64,000 nucleotides of DNA from Girardia tigrina (lineage: Eukaryota): positions 33,326 through 97,325 of the forward strand of contig MQRK01250764.1 in the NCBI GenBank assembly GCA_001938485.1. The letters are read 5' to 3'. The position numbers were made by a program, and so were the translations under genes. Position 1 is the first letter of the stretch, and every line of letters starts with the position of its first letter. The notes beneath the pieces are model-generated. The model was not told where the DNA came from. It was given only the letters and a program-made list of their open reading frames with translations, and did no database searches. Shown one piece after another: positions 38,061-51,925 of this stretch.

Positions 38061-38719
38061 AAAAGGGTCTTCCCAGATAAGAGACAAGTGTATGAAAGAA
38101 TCGGGGAAACGAGGAGGCACGATCACAAGGAGTGGGGATCAATATGCTTCATTAAGTGATGAAATTAAGTATGATTGCGTATGTAATTGTGTGTGTGAAT
38201 GTATATGTAATTGTATGAGTAGAAATAACCACCTCGAATTTTGTAAATTATATTGTTGGAAAGAAGAATGTGAAGAAAACTGTTTTAGTAGGTTGTTAGA
38301 TATTGTTCAATATAAACGTAATGATTTGACCTGACCCGTCCTGGTATTAAGTATAACCGATATAAAATTCGGTTCCCATGGTCAACGGGTCGACTGATCC
38401 GCTCGTGGAGGGTCCGCTGCGGTCCCGAAGAGTGAAGTTCGTAATCCAACGGCGATGGTTTTTTTCGGATCGATTGATGACGGTGGTGATCGCTCGATGT
38501 TTTCGGAAAAACGCCAAATTAATAGAAATTGTTCGTCGTGAAGTATCGACGAATTCGAATGCCACTCGCGCTGTTTCGATATTATTCTTTCGTCGGTTAC
38601 TTTCCGCGTGTTGGGATTGCCACTTGTGATCACCATTGTGGGAATTTATTCTGTTTGATGACGAAAAATACGACGAATAATAATAGAAAACTTTTGGTTT
38701 TTTAATAGATAAATCGATC

Positions 38720-38775
38720 AGGCTATTAGAGGTTCTAGGGACATCATCGGAATTATTATTATGAGATATTTCTGG
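38720..38775. repeat. Short repeat shared (inverted) with 59767-59820
   Basis: CTATTAGAGGTTCTAGGGACATCATCGGAATTATTATTATGAGATATTTC versus its near reverse complement at 59767. Confidence 0.7.
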
Positions 38776-38999
38776 CATCAAAACTTTTATTATACCACAC
38801 CAAAAATGTTTAAATCTAATTTAATTGATCTTCTTAATTTTAGTAATTTTATTTTTTCATACGTTACATATTTAATTATATAAAAATTTTAATTTGTACA
38901 TATTTAATATAACCTTCTTTCAAAAATTTTCCCAACATTTTTAATTCTTAACATTCTCCCTTTTCTTTAAAATTTTTGAACTTTTCGACATTTCTTACT

Positions 39000-39650
39000 A
39001 TTTGTTTTTCCTCTTTATCCTCCAGTTTATAACGCCTCTCATGAATTTTGTCTATGATTGTGTATGGTCCCTCACATCTGTCATCATCTTTATTTCTTAT
39101 CTCTTTTTTTACCCACATCTGATCTCCGATATTGAAATTTTGTCATGGTTTTCCGTCTGGATACTTGATGTTTTTGTCTGACGTGTTCATTCTATTGCTA
39201 TACCACTTCAGCCTATCATTTTTTCTATTTAAAATTACTTCAGCCGGACTTCTTCCAGTTGTTTTCTGACATGTTGCATTTAATGTGAATTCCACCTCTG
39301 GGAGCGAATCAGCCCAACTCGTCTCTTTTCTTTCTTTTCAACTTGCTTGGATATACTCTCGTATCGTTCGGAATTGTATTTCCACCATTAGTGTTATGGT
39401 GATATGGACTAAAGAACACTAACTGAATACCTTGTTTTATCATTAATTCTTGTACCTTCTGTGGTTCAAAACCTTTCCCATAATCCACATGTATTTCCTT
39501 AGTAACACCAAATTTTAATATCCATTTTGTCAAAATCGTTTGCATAATCGTCTGTTCATCTTGTCGTTTGATGGCTGTTAAAATGATATATTTGTTAAAA
39601 TGATCAATCATGGTCATTATATATTTTTCTTTTCTTATTGTTTCTCTCCA
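39000..39650 (-). mobile_element. Gypsy integrase relic
   Basis: IDHFNKY...WILKFGVTKEIHVDYGKGF...SPYHHNTNG; downstream GPYT. Confidence 0.85.
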
Positions 39651-40149
39651 TGGGCCACATAAAGGATGTAAATGCAGAAACAGTAATAAAATATGTCATA
39701 AAGACTGTATTCCGAATCCGTTTTCTACCCAAACATCCTTAGATCACATTGATTCAGAGATATATTTAATCAATATTTTAAATAATTTCAGTCAAATCGG
39801 TATTTTCAATGAAGAAACTAATAATCACCAATGAATAATTTCCATTTTTGAATGACAACAGAGATTCATCTTGATTGATTATTATTGTATTATAATTATT
39901 TTTACTTTGACAAGTCTCATATTTTGGAAAGTTATTCGTGTCAAAATGGTAGCCCTTACACTTGAATTCTGGTGGATACTGATTGTTGATAGCTGTGTCT
40001 GATCCTCTCATTTTACAATCAAACAATTGCAATTTTTTGTGTGAAAAAAAAATCACGTAAAATCGATTCAGTACTATATAATGCCACAAAACGAGACACT
40101 GAGTTCGTAAAACTTAGAGGATTACAAATCCAAACCACGTTAAGTTTGT

Positions 40150-41141
40150 GAGGAATAGTGTTTCCTTTTCTAGATTACATGAATTCGATTCATCCAAATA
40201 TAATCTTTACGGTAGAACAGGAAATAAACGGAAAATTACCATTCCTTGATTTGTTAATTGAAAGGAAAAATGATCATTATGAAACTGAAATATATCGAAA
40301 GAAAACTGATACTGGTTTGTACACCTCCATAAACAGTTTTTGTGAGTTTAAATATAAAAGGAATATGATCAAAGGTTTATTATACCGCTCTTGGTCTCTT
40401 TCTTCCACGTTTTCAAAATCTATTAAAAGTATTGATACACTGAGCAAGTTATTGAATAATAACGGTTACTCTAAGTTCATCATAGACAGACTCACTCGTG
40501 AGACTGTAGATAAAATAATCGAAAAAGAAAAAATCAAAAATGAAAAAATTAATACTTTAAACATTGAAAACTGCTTTACACCTGGGTATACTCTAAGCTT
40601 ACCTTACTCCGAGGGTTTTAAACACCTCAAGATTTCGATCTTGAAATCAACAGATAACATTTTAAATTTAAAAANNNNNNNNNNNNNNNNNNNNNNNNNN
40701 NNNNNNNNNNNNNNNNNNNNNNNNNNNNNNNNNNNNNNNNNNNNNNNNNNNNNNNNNNNNNNNNNNNNNNNNNNNNNNNNNNNNNNNNNNNNNNNNNNNN
40801 NNNNNNNNNNNNNNNNNNNNNNNNNNNNNNNNNNNNNNNNNNNNNNNNNNNNNNNNNNNNNNNNNNNNNNNNNNNNNNNNNNNNNNNNNNNNNNNNNNNN
40901 NNNNNNNNNNNNNNNNNNNNNNNNNNAAATTATTGGGAGAGAGTGTCATGTGAAGCATTGTTGATAAGATCATGTGATCCTAAAATCAATGTTCAAACAG
41001 CACTCTCAACTAATTTGTTAAGAGTTTTTGATTAGACTTACATAAGTGATTGTATGATCATTCATTTCTTATATAAAAGCAATAAAGAAGAACATAATCA
41101 GTGATCTGATGATGACGGTTAAACCGTCGAAATATATTATC
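40150..41141 (+). mobile_element. Penelope-like element (RT C-terminus, gap, 3' terminus)
   Basis: YMNSIHPNIIFTVEQEINGKLPFLDLLI...IYRKKTDTGLY...NNGYS...LPY is a classic PLE RT thumb; hammerhead motif at the 3' end. Confidence 0.92.
41103..41141 (+). ncRNA. Minimal type I hammerhead ribozyme motif
   Basis: GAT-CTGATGA-T-GACGGT-TAA-ACCGTC-GAAA-TATAT-T-ATC: intact core, perfect 6-bp stem II, palindromic ATATAT stem III, 3-bp stem I. Confidence 0.7.
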
Positions 41142-42251
41142 CTAAAATATATTTTTAAATAGCGTTTATTTGTAGATAAAATTATTACTAAAATTACAAA
41201 ATTTGAACTTTAAAAATAAAATCTGATAATAATGTTAAATTTATTCGAATAATTGTTTAATAAAAAAAGCATTAACTAAAATTCATTAATTTAGAACGAC
41301 GTCGAATTACGAAAGTTTTGCTGAGAGTTGTCCAAAAGACAATTCTGACTGTATTGAAAATAAAAGTTCGAAAACCCATGTTGGTGTTCTTAATAAAGTT
41401 AATACTGCGTAAATTGAAAAAAATAATGTGAAAGAAATTAATATAATCTTTTTTACAATCAAAATAAATTTTACAAATTTGAGCAGTAAATTTTTACTTC
41501 AAAAGTTTAAAATTAAATAAGCAAATTTTATAATTAAAAAAAAATAATAATGTGTTTTTTTCAAAAACTAATGTTAATTTACTCCGAAGATCGCGCGGAA
41601 GTCGCAGAAATTAAGTACCATAAATTTTGAAAAATGGCGTTTAATATTTTTGAAAATAAAAATCTCATAAGCGCGTCTCGCTGAAGTTCTTTTATCTTCT
41701 CATTGTTCACAAGAAATAATTCACAAAGTAAATAGAAAATATTTTTTTATGAGAGAAATTAAAAATTGAATTTGTTTTTGTTTTTTTAAAATACAAAAGA
41801 AAAATTCGATTCGAATGAAAATATATTTGAAAATTGAAATGATTTATTCTTTTCTGAAGACGACTCAGAGATTTGTCCGGCGACTTCTCTGCAACTTTCA
41901 CGCTCCATCTTTCTTTCAGACCGATCAAAGTACCATTTAGTAGTGATCCTTATCGTTGATCTGTTCCAAAATTTTTTGTAAAAATTCTAAAATATTTCTT
42001 AAATGTTTTTGTTTTAATAAAGAATAACAAAAATATTCCTAAAAATAAAAAATTGTTTTAATAAAATCATATTTATACATTTTTTAAAACAAAAGTGAAT
42101 TTAAGATTTTGAATTTGATAATAAATTTATAATTTTATATTAAGAATAATAATTTACGAAATAACGAAATGTTCAAATATTCGAGCACAGACATTTTATA
42201 TATGGTTTGATCGAAATATTATTTGAGTGTATTTATTGATCCTTCTTAAAG

Positions 42252-45200
42252 ATGAAAAGCATCAAAAGTCCGTTGGAAGTCAAAGTGATCGCGAATATTT
42301 TATCAAATGACGAATTCAATTTTAAATTTACTGATTCTGTAACTTTATAAATTGTGATCAACATATAAAGTAGTGTCGATATGCAGGACGAAAATACACT
42401 GGTCCATATGGCGTGTAGGAACGGAGATGTCAAGATGCTCGAAGTATTGATGGATAAAAAGTGTAACATCGATGTCAAAAATAAAGTAATTGTTTAAAAT
42501 TAATAAATTAGAAGATACACATATTTGTAGTATGGCCAAACTCCATTGCATCGTGCATGTATCCATGGACATTTATCAATTGTTGAAATACTTCTTAAAA
42601 ATAATTGCGATTGTGAAGCTGAAGATATTGTTTGTATTTTTGATTATTTTGTAACATAACATTGGAAATTTTAGTGGGGATACAGACCAATTCATTTAGC
42701 GACTATTAACAAGAAGAAAAACATAGTAAGATTACTGTTATCAAGAAACTGCGATGTCGAATCAACGGATAATGTAATTTATTTATTGATTCATAACTGT
42801 GAACAAACAGTATGATTAAAACAATGAAATTGGTCTTAAGGATAAAGATACTCCGTTACATTTGGCTTGTAAAATGGGTTTTGTGGATATTGTAGAAGAA
42901 ATAGTTGCTCGAACGTCATTCGTCAACAGTCAAAATAGAGTAAAATAATAATAATTTTTTAAAATATTGTTTCACACGAATATTAGAAAATGCAAACTCC
43001 ATTACATCTGGCTTGTGTGAGGGGACATATCGATATAATACGAATACTAATAGAAAACAATTGTAATATCGAAATTGAAGATCAGGTTTGTCACTTAGAT
43101 CAAACAAATGTTACAAAAATTTTCATTAGAATAAAGATAGAGCGATACATTTATTAATAAAATACGGTCGCGTGAATGCTCTCGAGTATTTATTATCCAA
43201 ACAATGTGACCTTGAGGCCAAAGATGGAGTAATTTTTATATTATTATTATTTTGAAATAAAATTTGTATATCACTAGAATTTAGATACTCCATTACATTT
43301 GGCTTTCACATATGTAGATCGAATTGTCCAACATTTTGATATATGGAATACGTTTATGAATAAAAGAGATTGTGATGCTCTTGTAATTTTCTATTTTAAG
43401 AAATAAAATAAATATTTATTTATTATAGCGCCGTAAACGTCAACAGAAGGAATCTTGCAAGATTTTCAAAATGCTTCTTGGAAGATATTGCAATATCGAA
43501 TCTGAAAATAAGGCAAGTAAAAGTAAAACAATCTTCCATTTGTTAATAACAGACTTTAGAATCTCGAGAAACCAATTCATATTGCTTGCAAGAATGGCTA
43601 TTTAGAAATAGCAACGTTACTAATTTCTCACAACTGCGACCTTGAAGCAACAAATGAGGTATTATTGTAATGAAAAATGCAATAATATTTGTTGTTTATT
43701 CAGGATAAAAGAACTCCATTACATTATGCGTGCGTCTATAATCAACTAGAGATTGCCGAATTGTTAGTCAGTAACAATTGTAATTTGGAAGCCGAGGATG
43801 ACGTAAATGATCGAATATTGTGTGAATCATTCATTGAAAGTATTTCAGTTTAAAAATAGACCGATTCATTTGGCTTGCATGAAGGGCAACGAATCAATTG
43901 TGAAGCTTCTGCTCTCTAAACACTGCAACATTGATGCTGCCAATCAGGTAATATTCGGAAAGATGAACGATCAATGATCAACAATGATCTATCGCCTCAT
44001 CACTGTTTATGTTCACTGATTATCCGTACATTATTCGTGTGACATCGTTCTTCTTACAGACAGAATTATCTGTTTTATTTTCACTGATTCTATTTTAAAT
44101 GACTCAAAACTTTTTTATTTTCCTTTCGACATTACAAAAGAGACAACTCAAATTTTCTCGAAACTTCATTACAATTCGATTTTCTCTTAACTCACCTCGC
44201 TAATTTCCTATAAATACTTGTCAGTGAAATCCAAAATATGTTTATTTATTAACGAACCGCACTCCTCCATTAATCGTTCCAAAAATTTCTCAAATGCAAC
44301 TACGAATTCAACATTCTCATCAGTCAGACTGAAAATCCTCTTCTGCCTGATGAGAGCCCTTACTTAAATCTCAACCAATTCAGTTAAAAGATATACTGAA
44401 TCATCTAAATAAATGAATACAATCTAGCCTAATCTTCCATTAGTCAAACGTTCAAAAAAACAGAAAAGCAGAGCTTTCAATCGATTATATATTAAAATAA
44501 AAATGAGCGATATAGTTATATAAAGTTTAATGAGGATATAAGATAACAAATCAAAAAATCACGGCATGAACTAAACTTATTTCGAATTCAATGAAGGTAA
44601 ATAAATGTTACTTAGAAATGTTTCATTAATGTGAGAGACAGTTGCGGAGTTTTCTTTACTGTCGTCTCAGAATGTAACGTTGTTATAGAACAATAATTTC
44701 GACAAACAACAGTTTCAAAAACAAATGGCAGTTATACTTCGGAATAGTAGTTATTATATTGAGATGAGATTTTTTAAACAATAAACAATTGTCACGAAAG
44801 CAGGCCAGCCTAGATCCGATAAACAACTTTTTCTAAACTTTGTCGTCAAGTAAACTTCATTTAATACTTTTGCAAAGCGACACGATGTCGTTAATATCAT
44901 TCACAGAAATAAAGACAAATGTCATCAATAATTTTAATAATAAATAAATATGACATTAATAATTTATGAATTGCCATGTAATTTTTAAAAAATAATAATA
45001 AAAATAATTATTAATGTCTGTCAAAGAAGGGGGCAAGTATAAACCGATATTTCTCATTTTGATAGACATGAATTAATTTTTTCTGTCACATTATCTATCT
45101 CTTCCTCCTTGAATTCTTTTTTTTATAAAAATAATAAAAAATTACAAAAAAACACATTGTATTACATGCACGAAAGAGTATGTAAAAATTACACAATTTT

Positions 45201-48200
45201 CAAGTTGGTGTATATGATATAAGCGAGAACATATCTCATGAAAGGAAAATGACAGAAAAGTACAGGCTAGTTGAAAGTTATGATCCTAAATCATACTTGA
45301 ATAATGCGCGAAAAAGGGAATGAAAAAGGTCACACTACAATTTATATTCTTTTACAAAATTATACCAATCTCGGTCTATCCGCAAACAAAACGAAAGAAT
45401 ATTCAAATTCCAAGTCAAAGACATTATGAAACCAAAAATGTTACCATTTCAAGCAACCTCATGTAAAACATTCCTATAAATTCGATTCTAGTACCAAAAG
45501 AATCTTAGCTACTTACATCTCTTTATCTTCAGGCGTAACCATCGATACTATCCATTCTGTTTCCAGTTACTATCCAGATACTATCCAGTCCATCGTTCAT
45601 TGCTTCAACCAGTCAAAATTATTGGAATGATCCACAGACTCAAAAAACAACCACTACAAACCGAAAGAAAAAACATCTATCTGTTTGGAAATCAAAATCC
45701 TCCACCATTATATTTATATATAATATTCATGGATCATTCTACAAAGACGATAACCGATCACTTTTCGAGTTGTGGTTTAAAAGAGAATCGGAAATTGCGA
45801 TTATTGAAAATTTTATTAATGCAACATAACATAATTTTGGAAGAAATTATCGAGGAACATTTTTTCTATTTGTACAAACGTTTTACACATAAAGATAATA
45901 TAATATAAATATGAATACTTAATTTATTGATTTTTAGAATTCACAAAAATAGTTTTATAACATTTCTTTGAACGTTTTCTTAATTCTTTAGTTTTTTTTT
46001 CATTTAAAAAGATGTTATCAAAAATATTTCAATTATAAATTTTATATTTAAATATATTTTTAAACATATTTTTTTTAAAAATCTATAAGTAAAATTTTCA
46101 TTTTTATTATATATTTTTTATAATTTGTATTTTTATATAATGGAAAACAAAACTAATCCATTTAAATATATATTTATTGACAATAAATTTCGACGGATCA
46201 ATCGACACCTTCAGGTCAGTAATTAATAATCAATTCCCCTGTATATAAATACAAAAATGATGATTATGTAATGAAATGTAATCTATTGAGACTGCCGATT
46301 GAAGGTTAATTTTAGGATAACGTGACCTAATTAACAATGCTTCACATGACACTCTCTCAAAAATTCAGTGACCATGAGCGATAAATAAGGCCTTTAATCA
46401 TGTTTCTTATATACTTTTGTTCAAAAAATCGTCCGGAGAAATATATAAATATGTATCAGTTTACTTCCTATAAAATCCAGTCTCATAACTATGATTTTCT
46501 TTAAACCAAAAGATCTAGAAAAAGTAAGACTCCATTCGTTTCATTTTCAACTGTCAAAGTAAAATTTGGATGTAACGAATTCATAAAATTTAAAAATGGA
46601 AGTACATCAGCCTGATTTTTAAAACCTAGAAATATATCACCAACATATCTTTTATCTAAAAGTAGATTTCCATCAAACAATATTCTACCAATAAATTTAT
46701 ATTTTAATACATAATTTTTATTTTTTATAGAAAATTATCATCTGGATTTCATTTTATAATAATATTTAATAAGTAAATTTCGTAATATTTTTTCGACCTT
46801 AAAACTTTCTAATATTTTAATTATTAAAACATTTTTTCCTCTTAAATTTCTTTCGCTTTGTTTTAATGTATGAAATATTTTTTAAATGTTTTGAAATTTC
46901 CATTGATATTTATTTATGTATTAAATTTCAAAAATTTATCTGAACTCCCTAAAATCATCACAAACCTAAATACAATTAAAATACTACCGCAAAACGGATA
47001 TTATATTAGAGATGATGACACCGTCGTTAAGTACAATGGTCCCAATAATTTCAGCAATTCCAAAAACAAAGAAAAGCTACATTTCCTCACTGTTTAATCC
47101 ACAGATATTTCCTAAACCTATTGGACAAAAAATTAAATTCCTTCGAAAACAAACCGAAATGAAATCAACCCTTTGCAAAATTTAAATCCAGATAAAATTA
47201 TAACTCTTTTGTTAAGCAAAACTCTACCAAATACGTCATTTGACCTAGATATCACTGATTCAGAAATTCTTTCCTCCTCTGAATTTGAACCTTCAACTAA
47301 GAAACCAAAACAAAACAAATGCACAGCCTAAGAACAGAAGAGTCACCATCCACTCTATCAATTTGAACCCTTCAATTTCTATTTTTACTTGTTATTATTT
47401 AGGGTGCGGCCCGTACGTGTACCGATTTTACGGTAATCAGACATGGTGCACGAGCAACGGAAAGAAACTACATTTGTAGCAGCAATCATATTTTTAGCAT
47501 TATAGATAATGCACGAAATTACAACAATCTCGTAATTGCCCAAAATTTCCAAAGCTTATAAAATAAAATTCAAAATAGTGACCGCAAAATAGTCTGGAAA
47601 AGCAACTGCTAAGAAAAACAGGTGTATTTGAATTGTATTTAAAAAATAAGATGATTTAAAAATGCTTTTCATGGGAAACGAAATTTCTCCATCCATAAGT
47701 GGCCAACAACGCCCATTTTCCACTTCGGTTTTCAAAATAATCCTTTTCAGATTTGATGCAATTTTTTATTTCACTTCGAATATCACTTGAAATTTTAGTG
47801 ACGTTTAATCGTTTAAGTATGATCGGATCTGCAAAAAAATGTGAATGCAAAACATAAAAACGAACAGCATAGAGTGAAGACAGCTTTGGAGATAGCTAAT
47901 AATGAGAGATACAATTCTTTTCAATCTTTGAAAAGTTGAAATTCAGAAATTACCGTTGACGAGATGATGAAAACACAAAAATTGATAAAAATAAGTAATA
48001 ATTTTTTAGACTTAAAATTAATTACTTTAAAATTAAATTTAATTACAACTCAAATTACTAGCACGGACAGAAAAAAGGTTACGCGAAACGACACGCACAT
48101 AATTTTAAATTATAACATGTATTTAAAAAAATATGTTTACATCTTATATATCTTATATATGTTTATATATCTATATATTATGTTTATGTATATATATATA

Positions 48201-49029
48201 TATATATAATAAAAAGTTTTATATTACTTTAATATGTTGCAGAATCAAGAAACTCCGATGGAATTAATTAAAACAAATAAATATTTGGAAATTATGTTAC
48301 TTTTTCTGCAGGAGAAACCGAATTTACAATTTGTTTTGGTTTATTTTGTATATTTTCGTATTTGTTTTCTATGAAAATTCTTTCAGAAAAATATTTCTCG
48401 TTTTGATAAAGAAACTTTTATGACATTTCTCTCCGAAGTTTTACGTATAAAATTTGAAGCTGTAAATTATTTATCTCTTATTTTCTTTAATTATTTCGTA
48501 CAGTTTCATTGTTTGAGCAAGTCTCAATTTGCAAGAGGTCTTCAGGAATGGGCTTTGGAATTTTATTTCGATTTCCAGGAAGTCTCTTTGGCATATAATC
48601 ATAATTGTAAAATTGTCGGTGTAAGAATTTAATATGAATATATTCTTATTTGATGCTGATATTAAGTGGGAAAGAAGTAGAAATCTTCGGCAATTTAACA
48701 AATTATTCGGCATCTGTCCCCTCGAAAAAGGAGGATTACCTAAAATTCCTCAATTAATTAAGTCAAACAATGACCGTTTCAACAAAAGACAACTTTTTTT
48801 CAAACCACTCAAGAAATCCATTATACAAGTAGAAAAAAATGTAAGTTAGAAAGTCTGATTTGTTATTTTACGAAATGTTCAGATATGTTCCCTTTGCTTC
48901 TCGATGGTGGTTGAAAGAAGACTCAATTGCGGTCACATGTTTTGTTCGAGTTGTTTGAAGAATATAAACCGCTGTTCATTTTGCCGTACAGAAATAAATC
49001 CAAAGAAGATTATTTCATTATTATTTTAA
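42252..49029 (+). CDS. Ankyrin-repeat + C-terminal C3HC4 RING protein (putative E3 ligase), ~589 aa, 17 exons
   Basis: Exons 42252-42338, 42387-42485, 42531-42629, 42675-42773, 42841-42939, 42987-43085, 43130-43228, 43278-43382, 43429-43512, 43560-43658, 43704-43802, 43849-43947, 48243-48332, 48387-48461, 48504-48620, 48667-48840 and 48883-49029 join without stops; TPLHLAC repeats; last exon CSLC...CGHMFCSSC...CSFC. The start codon and the borders of exons 13-16 are less certain. Confidence 0.88.
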
Positions 49030-49329
49030 AAAAAATTGAATTTTGAAATTTAAATAAAATCTAAATTATGTAATCGTTATTCAGTAATATTATTTTGACA
49101 TTAAATAAATTTTGCAAGTTTCCTATTTATTACACACAATTAAAGGTTCAATAAACAATAATTTTTTTTATAAAAACCTTTATCAGCTCTACACCATCCT
49201 TTTGTAAAAAAATGTTTTTGTAACAATACAATTTTAATTTACGACTTTCAATATATATCATAGGAATTAATAGCCATAAAGAAAGAGTTTTGAAATTATT
49301 AAGAATACCAATATGAGTGGATGCAGGTG

Positions 49330-49770
49330 GATGGTTTCTGTGTCGTAGGGAGGGAAACTTATGAACTCACCCAATATAAATTTGACTCCTCAGCCAATCG
49401 GTTTGCTGTTGTCGGCTTTCTCGTTGCTCTTGGACATGCGGTTAGTTGCCGACAGTTGCTTTCCTCAGCTGCACTATAAACAAGTCTCACTTCTTCTTGA
49501 TCGACGATTCTTTTGACACTATTGAGCTGCACAAGTGGTTGATGCACAACTTGCGATTGGCGCTCTTGAACTCAGCAAACGATATCTTGATAGACGACTT
49601 GGTGGATGCCGCTGAGATCTTATCATCCGGGTGATTGCCAATCGACTATATGTCTTAGGTGATCAAGATCGTGAAGAATTGATGCGATTGATAGTACGTT
49701 ACTCTTTGTTTTGGAGGTTGCACAAATGTTTTTTTAGGGTGATCGATGTCGATGAATCATCGTTTTTATG
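49330..49770 (-). pseudogene. GC-richer coding-like relic, unidentified
   Basis: Composition shift and broken reading frames; no motif recognised; strand uncertain. Confidence 0.2.
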
Positions 49771-50694
49771 TCGATCAATTGTTGTCGGTCTTTAAAATCC
49801 GAAATTGTGGTATCAAGTTTTTTTACTTTGAATCAATATCGAATCTTTGATGTTTGATCGTTTATTGTTAGATTACAGAATTTTTTTAATTCTTCTAAGT
49901 CGTAAGAAAGATTTTCCGCTATTTTATTATTATTGAATGAAACGATTAACATAATCAATATTCAAATTTGAAGACTTTATTTTCTTAATTGAAAGTGGTA
50001 CATAAAGGATATTATTTTTAATTTTCAAAAGAAAGGATATCTCTTTTTCCCAAGGAACACCCTGGTGATTTTCTCATCATTAACAACTCACCACTCAACT
50101 CAATATACCAAGCAAAGTAGAGAAATTCGAGACAACTTTTCAACCCAAGAACATAACACCTCTAATTCAAACATTTCAACTCCAAAAAAATAAAAAAAGT
50201 CATGTAAATGTTTTTATTTTGCCAAAATAATCATTGAAAACAAATAACGTTTGATTCCAAGAAACAAAAAAAATTTCTTTCCAAAAAATCCTACAATTTT
50301 TTTAAAACCTAACTAAGGACAATGATGGATTTCATAAACAAAAATTTCTCTTTCCAAAACAACAAACAATTCGACCAATCAACTGACAGAAAAATTTAAA
50401 ATGACCAATTATTAAGACCTGGAATTACTTATAAAATTTACTACGTTGTGGTATTTAATTCCCATTTTTATTTTCAAACCTGATTTAGCAATAAGCTATT
50501 GTTTTACTTATTTAATGTTTTGTTTTACTTTTTCTGTACCTTTTTTTCTGAAATATACAAATTAAAACTGTTTTCATCATTAATAGTTTGCCTATTTTTG
50601 ATCATGAAGTTCATCATCAACATTGGTAAATGTTGCCTCCAATTGAAGGTTGACTTTATTAGCTTTTAGTTCAACAATGTTGTCTTGTAAAATC

Positions 50695-50800
50695 TAGGGC
50701 TGCGGAGTCGGACATTAAGGTTTTTTGAAGAAGTCAGAGTCGGAGTCGAAGGCTGAGTCAAAGTCAGAGTTGGAGTCGGAGTCGTAAGACTCGACATCGA
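50695..50800 (+). mobile_element. hAT-type MITE end with (GAGTCG)n subterminal repeats
   Basis: TAGGGCTGCGGAGTCGG followed by repeated GAGTCG/GAGTCA hexamers. Confidence 0.55.
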
Positions 50801-50879
50801 CCAATTCCATTGTTCGTATTTCATGACCCATGAAATTTAGCTCCGGATAGAAAAGCAATAGCTGAGAAAGAATTTTTAG

Positions 50880-51925
50880 AACTAGAAAAAGCTGGAATAA
50901 TCCGAAGATCAATATCACCTTTGGTTTCACCGTTACATAAAGTCCCGAAAAAGGCGGCTCTATAAGACCATATGGACATTATCGTATCTAAAACAATCAA
51001 ACACAACATGATAGTTACCCATTACCTTTAATCACAGATATATTGAATAGATTAGGTGGCTCTATGATTTTTTCAACAATAGATCTTCAAAAAGCTTATC
51101 ATCAGATGCCAGTCGCGCCTGCTGATATACAGAAAACGGCCATTATTAGCCCATTTGGTTTATTTGAATATTTATATATGCCTTTTGGACTGAAAAACCC
51201 TGCCCAAACATTTCAAAGACATATAGACAGAATACAACTAGATTTACCTTTTGCAATAGCGTATATAAATGATATTTTAATAGCTTCTTGTAATGAAGAA
51301 GAACATTTAAAACATTTATTACAACTGTTCCATCAACTGCACATAAATAATTTACAGATTAATTGAAATAAATGCTCTTTCTTAAAATCCTCTGTTAATT
51401 ATTTAGGACACTTAATTTCTAAAGGTCATTCACTAACACCAGATAGACTACGTAACATAGATAACATAACTCTTCCAGTAACTGTGACAAAATTGCGAAG
51501 TTTTTTAGGTACCGTTAATTTTTGTCATAGATACATACCAAATTGTTCAGAACTTACAACAGATTTATCAACAATCAGTTCTGGACCTAAAATTACATGG
51601 ACCGATCAACTTCACTCTAATTTTGAAATAATTAAAAATAAATTACAGAACATCAAAATACTTAGCTTTCCGCAAAAAGATTCTCCATTATATCTAACGA
51701 CATTATATCTTATGTATCTGCTGGGGCCCGTTCTTCACCAACTAGTTAACAGACAACACCAACCCCTAGGGTTTTTTTCAACTAAATTTTCGTCTACTGA
51801 ACAACGCTATTCAACTTTTGACCGTGAACTTTTATCGATTGTGCTAACTGTTAAACATTTAAAACATTTTCTGGTCACAAAACCATTCAATACAAGAACT
51901 GATCATAAACCTTTGTTCAATATGA
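50880..51925 (+). mobile_element. Gypsy pol relic (RT-RNase H)
   Basis: FSTIDLQKAYHQ, KTAIISPFGLFEY, MPFGLKN, YINDILI (YxDD degenerate), LRSFLG, RYSTFDRELL, TDHKPL; contains stops and frameshifts. Confidence 0.93.

Noticed and set aside
44347-44375. CTGATGA hammerhead-like core
   Set aside because: No stem II or GAAA follows.
50715-50930. ORF with a signal-like N-terminus and Asp/Ser tail
   Set aside because: The DS run is the antisense reading of the GAGTCG MITE repeats.
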